A stretch of 32,000 nucleotides of DNA from Candidatus Peribacter riflensis (lineage in GTDB: Bacteria > Patescibacteriota > Gracilibacteria > Peribacterales > Peribacteraceae). A program made the position numbers and the translations under genes. Below, piece by piece: positions 21,515 through 27,470 of this stretch (the first letter of the stretch is position 1; every line of letters starts with the position of its first letter). The notes under the pieces were generated by a model. That model was not told the DNA's origin and did no database searches. It saw nothing but the letters and a program-made list of their open reading frames with translations. Location of the stretch: NCBI GenBank assembly GCA_001430755.1, contig CP013062.1, forward strand, positions 330,001 through 362,000. Reading direction: 5' to 3'.

Positions 21515-24484
21515 ATGTCAAAGAAGCAGAAGGCAGCTGTTCGTTCCCTTTCCTCTCAGGCGTTTGCGGAGCGCTTTGCCAACCTCAACGAAGGGCAGAA
21601 GCGCGCCGTCGAGACGATCGAGGGGCCGGTGATGGTGGTGGCCGGTCCCGGGACGGGAAAAACGGAGGTATTGGCCATGCGCACGGCGAATATCCTGCGC
21701 CGCACGCAGATGCGTCCGACGAACATTCTCTGTCTCACGTTCTCTACATCGGGGGCGAAGGCGATGCGGGAACGATTGCGGCAGATCATCGGGCCCGATG
21801 CCTACGGAGTCACGGTGAGCACGTTGCACAGCTTCTGCAACGATTTGATTCAACAACACCCGCAACTCTTCGTACATTTTCGTGCGCTGGAGCAGGTGAG
21901 CAACATTGAACGGCTGCAGATTGTCCGTAGAGCAATCAAAGAGCTTGGGCAGCGCTCCGAGCTCTACATGCCCGTGGCGGAGCATGATCGGGCCGCCGAC
22001 GTGCTCGATCGCATCACGCAGATGAAGAAAGAGGGGATTCACCCCGATGATCTGCTGAAACATGTGGAGGTGTACGCCGAGGAGCTGAAGAAAACCCCCA
22101 CCGGCAGGGAGCGGGATCTGACCAGCAAGGCGTACAAAGATGATCTCAGGAAGGTGCAGCAGTTCAAGGAGTTCATTACAGTCTACAGGGCGTACGTCGG
22201 GGAGCTGGCGGCGAGCCACCGGTACGATTTCGATGACATGGTGCTCATCGCACTGGAGGCTCTCAAAGAGCACGAATGGCTGCTCGAATCCCTTCAGGTG
22301 CGCTACCAGTACATTCTGGTCGATGAGTTCCAGGATTTGAACGGCGCGCAGAATCGTCTGCTCGATCTTCTCACGACGTATGCGTACGTCGAGCAGGATC
22401 CCAATATCTTTGTCGTCGGCGACGACGATCAGGCGATCTTCCGGTTTCAGGGCGCGAATATCGGCAATATGAAGTCTTTCATCGACCGGTTCCCGAAAAC
22501 GTCGGTGATGACGCTCGCGACGAACTACCGCTCCACCCAACCGATCCTGGATGCCGCTTCCGCTGTGATTGCTGCCAATCAGGAACGTCTGGTCCATGTG
22601 ATCAAAGGCATCGAGAAAGATCTGGTCGCGGGCAAGCAGAAGGGCGACGTAAAACCGCAGTTCATCCGCTATCCCGATACGAGTACGGAGTATGCGGGCA
22701 TCGCAGGGCTTCTCCGGGACGGGAAGAAGCGGGGAATCCCGTGGAAGGAGATGGCCGTCATCTGCCGCCGGAACGAAGAAGTGCTGGCGGTTGCCGACAC
22801 GCTGACTGCCGCCGGCGTTCCCACTGTGGTCGCTGCCAAGCAGGATTTGATCCAGCACCCGCAGGTTCTGCAGGCGGTGATGCTGCTGCGCGCGATTCAG
22901 GAACCGGAGAATTCCAGTACGCTCGCTGGTGCGCTCGCCCTCCCGTGCTTCGGGTGTCATCCGGCGGCCCTGGGGAAGTTGTTCATCGATTTCCGCACGT
23001 ACAAGCGCACGACGGCGAAAGTGAGCCTGCACGAATTCCTGTTGAATCAGGCGTCACTCCCTCCCGAAATCAAAGCCGCTCACGAGTTCATCATGAGGAG
23101 GAATCAGGGTATTCCAAGTGTGACACTCACGGCGCTCGTGGCAGATGTCCTCACGGAATCACGACTCCTGCCGCCCACGGATGCCAAAGAAGCCGATCCG
23201 CGCATCATCGCGGGCCTGCACGCGTTCTACGAGTACGTGAAGAACCGCTGTTACGAAGTGCGAACGACGTCGCTCGCTACCCTTCTCTCCGATATCGATC
23301 AGTACATGAGCGAGAAGAAACTGCGCCTGGAGTATGACCTGCCGCATCTTACGCAGGATGGTGTGCAACTGATGACCGGGCACGGAGCCAAGGGGCTGGA
23401 GTTCGATGTGGTGATCCTCTCTGATGTCCGGTACCGCAACTGGGGCAACAGGAACAGCGGCAATTCCCTCGCGCTCCCCGATCACCTGATCATGGGAATC
23501 GATAAAGAAGTGGAGAAGAGGGCGGGGCAGGAAGACGAGCGCAGGCTCTTCTTCGTGGCGATGACCAGAGCGAGACGGGAGCTTACTCTGGCCTTTCCAG
23601 AAACGTACCGCAGTGGCGAACAGATGCGCGATGCGCAGGTGAGCAGTTTCGTGGCGGAGGCAGGAGAGAGCGTGGGTGAGATCACGCTGACCCAGGAGCA
23701 TGTTCCGCAGCCGATGGAGACCCTGCGCACCCCGCCGCTCCAGATCGACAAAGCTTTCCGCGCGTTCCTGCAGGAAGTGCTGCAGGAGTACGAGCTCTCG
23801 GTAACCGCACTCAATGCGTTTCTGAAAAACCCGCAGGAATTTCTGTGGGAGCAGCTGCTGCAGAAACCGAGCGAAAAGAAACCCGCCCTGGCCTTTGGTA
23901 CCGCGGTCCATGCCGCCCTCGAAGAAAGGAATTCCGCATGGCAGCGCGGAGAAACATACTCTGTCGACGCGCTGGTGGAGGCCTTTCAGGCCTCTCTCAA
24001 AAAAGAAATCCTCACCCGTGAGGAATGGGAACACTACATGCTGGTCGGCGCAGATATTCTGCGGAGGTATGGAGAAAAAACCTCTTCGGGCATTCCACTC
24101 GTTCTCTCGACGGAACGGACGCTCCATGCAGTGGTGGATGACGTTCCGCTCAAGGGCAAGGTGGACCGCATCGATCTCTTTGAGCCGAACGGCAGGGCGT
24201 GCCGGATACTGGACTACAAAACGGGCCAGACGGTGAAAACGGAGGACGCAGTACGCAAGAAGGAAGATCTGTTCAGACAGCTGAAGTTCTACAAAATTCT
24301 CTGTGACAGCGATCCCAAGTTCATTCACGAAGCCACACTCTTCACGCTCGATTTCATTGGCAACGAGGATGAGGCGAGGAGGGAGATTGATCTCAAAATT
24401 ACAGAAGAGGAAGTGAGAGAGCTGAAAGCGCTGATCAGGCAGGTGTGGGCCAAGATCACGGCGCTGGATTTCACTGCGCTGTAG
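21515..24484 (+). CDS. UvrD/PcrA/Rep-type SF1 helicase fused to a C-terminal PD-(D/E)xK (RecB/Cas4-like) nuclease domain
   Basis: Helicase motifs: VVAGPGTGKTEV, LVDEFQDLNGAQ, TNYRST, GHGAKGLEFDVVI and FFVAMTRARREL. The C-terminus reads GKVDRIDLFEPNGRACRILDYKTGQ...FRQLKFYKIL. The track start at 21311 is a spurious Arg/Cys-rich extension. ATG 21515 has TATGCT 6 nt upstream. Confidence 0.9.
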   Translation: MSKKQKAAVRSLSSQAFAERFANLNEGQKRAVETIEGPVMVVAGPGTGKTEVLAMRTANILRRTQMRPTNILCLTFSTSGAKAMRERLRQIIGPDAYGVTVSTLHSFCNDLIQQHPQLFVHFRALEQVSNIERLQIVRRAIKELGQRSELYMPVAEHDRAADVLDRITQMKKEGIHPDDLLKHVEVYAEELKKTPTGRERDLTSKAYKDDLRKVQQFKEFITVYRAYVGELAASHRYDFDDMVLIALEALKEHEWLLESLQVRYQYILVDEFQDLNGAQNRLLDLLTTYAYVEQDPNIFVVGDDDQAIFRFQGANIGNMKSFIDRFPKTSVMTLATNYRSTQPILDAASAVIAANQERLVHVIKGIEKDLVAGKQKGDVKPQFIRYPDTSTEYAGIAGLLRDGKKRGIPWKEMAVICRRNEEVLAVADTLTAAGVPTVVAAKQDLIQHPQVLQAVMLLRAIQEPENSSTLAGALALPCFGCHPAALGKLFIDFRTYKRTTAKVSLHEFLLNQASLPPEIKAAHEFIMRRNQGIPSVTLTALVADVLTESRLLPPTDAKEADPRIIAGLHAFYEYVKNRCYEVRTTSLATLLSDIDQYMSEKKLRLEYDLPHLTQDGVQLMTGHGAKGLEFDVVILSDVRYRNWGNRNSGNSLALPDHLIMGIDKEVEKRAGQEDERRLFFVAMTRARRELTLAFPETYRSGEQMRDAQVSSFVAEAGESVGEITLTQEHVPQPMETLRTPPLQIDKAFRAFLQEVLQEYELSVTALNAFLKNPQEFLWEQLLQKPSEKKPALAFGTAVHAALEERNSAWQRGETYSVDALVEAFQASLKKEILTREEWEHYMLVGADILRRYGEKTSSGIPLVLSTERTLHAVVDDVPLKGKVDRIDLFEPNGRACRILDYKTGQTVKTEDAVRKKEDLFRQLKFYKILCDSDPKFIHEATLFTLDFIGNEDEARREIDLKITEEEVRELKALIRQVWAKITALDFTAL

Positions 24485-24935
24485 CCTCTCCGTTCCCTGT
24501 TCGCTCTGCGGCTGTCGCATCCGTCGGGTCGGGATGGGCGGCAGAGGATTTCTTTCTTTGAAAGCCGTGCTCTGCCAGCGCTTTGTAGATTTCTTCCAGA
24601 GAAGTTTCGCCGATGCCGGGAATGGCCAGTAATTCCTGCCGTGTGCAGAAGAGCAGCTCGAGTACGCGTTCGATCCCTGCTTTCTCCACAAGTGCATTGG
24701 TTGTGCGGATATTCAGCTCCAACTCCCCGACGTGGAGTGCGCAGCGGGGATTGGTCTTGAAAAACGTTGCGATACTCTCGTCATCCGCGAGTCTCTCTTT
24801 GGCCATGCGGGCAGCCATGTTCGTGCGGATGGTTTCGAGTGTCATTCCCGGCTTGGGAGCGGGCTTGCGCTTTCGGCGGGCGGGCGGTTCCCGGTCCGGT
24901 GATGCCGCATCACTGCGGGGAAGGTCAGTATCCAT
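24471..24935 (-). CDS. Stand-alone RNA polymerase alpha-subunit C-terminal-domain (alpha-CTD, HhH)-like protein
   Basis: VGELELNIRTTNALVEKAGIERVLELLFCTRQELLAIPGIGETSLEEIYKALAEHGF follows the alpha-CTD pattern eLeLSvRs.NcLk.agI.tv.dL...t..eLl.i.n.G.KSl.EI...L...G. A basic Pro-rich N-terminus is present (PARRKRKPAPKPG). The track start at 24962 is a TTG, so ATG 24935 is preferred. Confidence 0.6.
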   Translation of the reverse strand: MDTDLPRSDAASPDREPPARRKRKPAPKPGMTLETIRTNMAARMAKERLADDESIATFFKTNPRCALHVGELELNIRTTNALVEKAGIERVLELLFCTRQELLAIPGIGETSLEEIYKALAEHGFQRKKSSAAHPDPTDATAAERTGNGEATAQ

Positions 24936-24956
24936 AGGCAATGCGGTAGAGAATTG

Positions 24957-24985
24957 ATTCAATGCTCCGTTAGGATTTCTGTCAA
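24957..24985 (-). promoter_or_regulatory. Candidate promoter of the alpha-CTD-like gene
   Basis: The minus strand reads TTGACA (24985-24980), a 17-nt spacer, then TTGAAT (24962-24957). Confidence 0.35.
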
Positions 24986-25044
24986 GTTTGATGTTCGCTC
25001 AGATCGCGCAGGGTCCGCAGTGGCCGGCGGAAAGATTCTTCCGT

Positions 25045-25076
25045 TCTTTAAGGGGGTGGTAATAGTTGCATAATAT
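25045..25076 (+). promoter_or_regulatory. AT-rich/G5 motif copy A (shared with 31035..31062)
   Basis: TCTTTAAGGGGGTGGTAATAGTTGCATAATAT. The blocks TTTAAGGGGG and AATAGTTG, then CATA, recur upstream of the GGDEF-like gene. Confidence 0.5.
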
Positions 25077-25101
25077 TTAAAATAGTTTAAAGTAGAAAAC
25101 A

Positions 25102-26154
25102 ATGTCGGAACAAGCACACCATCTGCAATGGCTTACTGAAGTGCTCCAGCAGGTGCGAGAGGCAGAGGGGGAGCGCGTTGCCACCGACCCGTCTGTGCGG
25201 GACCGTCTTCACTATGGACGCTCAGTCTGCGAACAGGTGCTCCGGCAAAATCCCCAAAGCCAGCTGGCCATTCAGGTGAGAACACAGATTGACCGGCTGC
25301 TATCCTGCGTTCCAGCCAGCAGTGCACCGGCATCCGGGGAGCGCACAATCACACATGCGGAGGCACAATCCATGGATGCCATCATCATGGGCGTGGAGAA
25401 GGGCATGGATCGCCTGCACTCTCTCCTTGAGGAGCGTATGCAGTCCGATACAGGGTACGTGCCAGGCGGCATGTCCGTCCCATTCTCTCTGGTTGATCAC
25501 AACCGTTCCAATCACTACAAGAACTTTCCAAAGACGTGGCTGGATATGCACGAGGGACGATCGTCATCTTCTTACAGGATCGGTCACGGCCAATTCGGCT
25601 ACGATCTGGTTCCCGAGCGTTTTGCACAGGAGCGGAACGATGTCTTCGGACAGTACGATGCCCGACATAACATCATCCGCATGCCAGAAGGGTTCGATCC
25701 CTCCTGCCTGTTCGACCTTGTTTTGCTCTATCATGAACTTTGTCATGTGGCACAAAATCATTCCCTTCGTCAGCGCATGGGTGATGATGAGTACGTGCGT
25801 TTTTATGGATGCGGAGAGAAGAGAGTGCTGTTGCCGATGGAGATTGAAGCCTACGCCCTTCAATTTGAAATGATGGATCGTGTGTTGGGCGGATGGTTGC
25901 GCTCGGGGGCGGCAGACGGTAATTCGCCGCAGCGTCTGGATGCTCTGATGACGCAGATGAATGGAAAAGAGAAACATCGTTGGCTGGCCGGTAACATGCT
26001 CGATGGCATGCGCGCATTCTTTCCACACGGCTGGAGGGATGATCGGTCCCCTCCGGCTTCTTCTGCGTTCTCGCGATCGGTCCAGCGTTCTTACAGCAAT
26101 GAGGGACGGCTGTACACGTTGGATGCACAGGGATTGCCGGTACCGCTGATGTGA
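25102..26154 (+). CDS. Hypothetical protein with an HELxHVxQ zinc-metallopeptidase motif (DUF4157-like)
   Basis: ...HNIIRMPEGFDPSCLFDLVLLYHELCHVAQNH... has a downstream acidic helix, LPMEIEAYALQFEMM. There is no signal peptide. A/T-ending codons are visibly more frequent than in leuS or ftsK. TAAAGT lies 8 nt upstream of the ATG. Confidence 0.6.
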   Translation: MSEQAHHLQWLTEVLQQVREAEGERVATDPSVRDRLHYGRSVCEQVLRQNPQSQLAIQVRTQIDRLLSCVPASSAPASGERTITHAEAQSMDAIIMGVEKGMDRLHSLLEERMQSDTGYVPGGMSVPFSLVDHNRSNHYKNFPKTWLDMHEGRSSSSYRIGHGQFGYDLVPERFAQERNDVFGQYDARHNIIRMPEGFDPSCLFDLVLLYHELCHVAQNHSLRQRMGDDEYVRFYGCGEKRVLLPMEIEAYALQFEMMDRVLGGWLRSGAADGNSPQRLDALMTQMNGKEKHRWLAGNMLDGMRAFFPHGWRDDRSPPASSAFSRSVQRSYSNEGRLYTLDAQGLPVPLM

Positions 26155-26164
26155 TGCTCTCTCC

Positions 26165-26755
26165 TCAGAGAGCGGAGAGGTGACGCCGGAGTGCAAGCGC
26201 AGCACGGCCCCGGTGGCTCGTACTATTTTTTTGTTCAATAGAAAGGGCTGAGAATACACGAGAGAAGCCTTCGGGCCTGAAGCACGCCGAGATCGGAAGT
26301 CCCGGCAGATAGTCTGCTTCCAGTGTCGGAGTAATGATCCCTTCGCAGCGTCCTTCAAAGGTGTAGGTGGCTCCGAGGGGATCCACGTACGCCAGCACGC
26401 AGACGAAGGCGGCGCGCTTGTTCTCTTCCTCTTTCATGCGTTCCAGAAAATGCGCGATCCACTGCTCATCCGTCGCCTCCGGCCCCGCGCCCCAGCGGCG
26501 CGTGTGGATGCCCAGCTCATCTTTGAGTGCCTCTACGATGATCCCGGAGTCATCGGCGACGGTGGGCACCTGTGTCCGTTCGAAGTAGAAGCGTGCTTTC
26601 TGAAGCGCATTGGCTTCAAAAGTCTCTCCGGTCTCGGGCGGGACCTCGGTGAGGTCGATGTGTCCGGGGGTGAGCACTTCCAGCGGAAGCCCCTCAAGCA
26701 CGGAGGAAATTTCGATGATCTTGCCGGGATTGTTGGTTCCAAGCAGGAGCCGCAT
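26165..26755 (-). CDS. rdgB: dITP/XTP pyrophosphatase (RdgB/HAM1 family)
   Basis: MRLLLGTNNPGKIIEI...ETGETFEANALQKA...VADDSGIIVEAL...GIHTRRW...SHRGRAALAL. The track ORF up to 27049 adds a spurious 98-aa Arg/Ser-rich N-terminus. ATG 26755 has TACAGT 6 nt upstream. Confidence 0.9.
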   Translation of the reverse strand: MRLLLGTNNPGKIIEISSVLEGLPLEVLTPGHIDLTEVPPETGETFEANALQKARFYFERTQVPTVADDSGIIVEALKDELGIHTRRWGAGPEATDEQWIAHFLERMKEEENKRAAFVCVLAYVDPLGATYTFEGRCEGIITPTLEADYLPGLPISACFRPEGFSRVFSALSIEQKNSTSHRGRAALALRRHLSAL

Positions 26756-26813
26756 GCCCCTACTGTAGAGGAAAACAGGCTTTGGTGGCGGTTTTTGCAT
26801 GCCGGAGTTTTCG

Positions 26814-26884
26814 TTCGACAGAGGGGGGGTGAGGCGTACGCTGAGCGCAGAGTCAGGGCCGTTCATTTCCTTTTCGTCAGGAGG
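26814..26884 (+). promoter_or_regulatory. Candidate promoter plus canonical Shine-Dalgarno sequence for the small membrane ORF
   Basis: TTCGAC (26814-26819), a 17-nt spacer, then TACGCT (26837-26842). AGGAGG (26879-26884) lies 5 nt before ATG 26890. Confidence 0.45.
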
Positions 26885-26889
26885 ACGCC

Positions 26890-27093
26890 ATGAAGAAAAC
26901 ATCATGGTGGGTAAAAGTTGGCCGGCTACTCGGTTGCTGGCGGATTGTCGTCTCTCTCCTGTTCGGCGTTGCCATCTGCTACATGCTGTGGCAGATGGGC
27001 ACCGAGATGCCGACCTGGAAGCGAATCGCATTCGCCGGTTGCGAGGCATCTATCGTGAGCGGATCGCTCGGGTGGTTGCTTCACCAATGGTGA
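26890..27093 (+). CDS. Small two-TM membrane protein (67 aa)
   Basis: MKKTSWWVKVGRLLGCWRIVVSLLFGVAICYMLW...IAFAGCEASIVSGSLGWLLHQW. It has a strong SD at optimal spacing, and a classical intrinsic terminator follows. Confidence 0.6.
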   Translation: MKKTSWWVKVGRLLGCWRIVVSLLFGVAICYMLWQMGTEMPTWKRIAFAGCEASIVSGSLGWLLHQW

Positions 27094-27148
27094 GACGAAG
27101 GTCTCACACTTCACCCGCCTTCCGGCTTTCGGGAGGCGGGCGTTTTTT
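27090..27148 (+). terminator. Two consecutive hairpins; the second is a classical Rho-independent terminator
   Basis: GTGAGAC (27090-27096) pairs with GTCTCAC (27101-27107), a perfect 7-bp stem. CCCGCCTTCC (27114-27123) pairs with GGGAGGCGGG (27131-27140), a 10-bp stem with one G-U and a 7-nt loop. A T6 run follows at 27143-27148. Confidence 0.8.
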
Positions 27149-27470
27149 GACACGGGAGTGTGGAGAGGTGGTGGCCTTATGTCACGCCCATTTCTTCATA
27201 CATCGCGTGCAGCCAGTCGAGTGTATCGGTGACGGATTTATCACTCTGCTCCAGAGGAGGTTCTGGAAGACGATTGGGACGATGAAGCATGTTCTGTTCC
27301 GGAGACAGGGGGAGTTCCAGTCCGCGCACTGCACAAACCATGAAAGGAGGGGGGAAGAGATAGGTGGCCCCATGCTCACGGAGGGGGAGAGGGAGTTCAA
27401 CAGTTCTCTCTTCTGGCTTGTGCACTGCGCATGAAAGGGCGGTGACCACTTTACCGATGCCAAGGGAACC

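Noticed and set aside
21518-24697. Two long minus-strand ORFs (21518..23032, 504 aa; 23159..24697, 512 aa)
   Set aside because: They are antisense to the UvrD-type helicase and show the same compositional artefact. The helicase motifs I recognise all read on the plus strand.
26756-27049. N-terminal 98 codons of the 294-aa track ORF containing rdgB
   Set aside because: RdgB/HAM1 homology begins at MRLLLGTNNPGK (ATG 26755). The extension is Arg/Ser-rich, and it overlaps the well-signalled small membrane ORF on the opposite strand.
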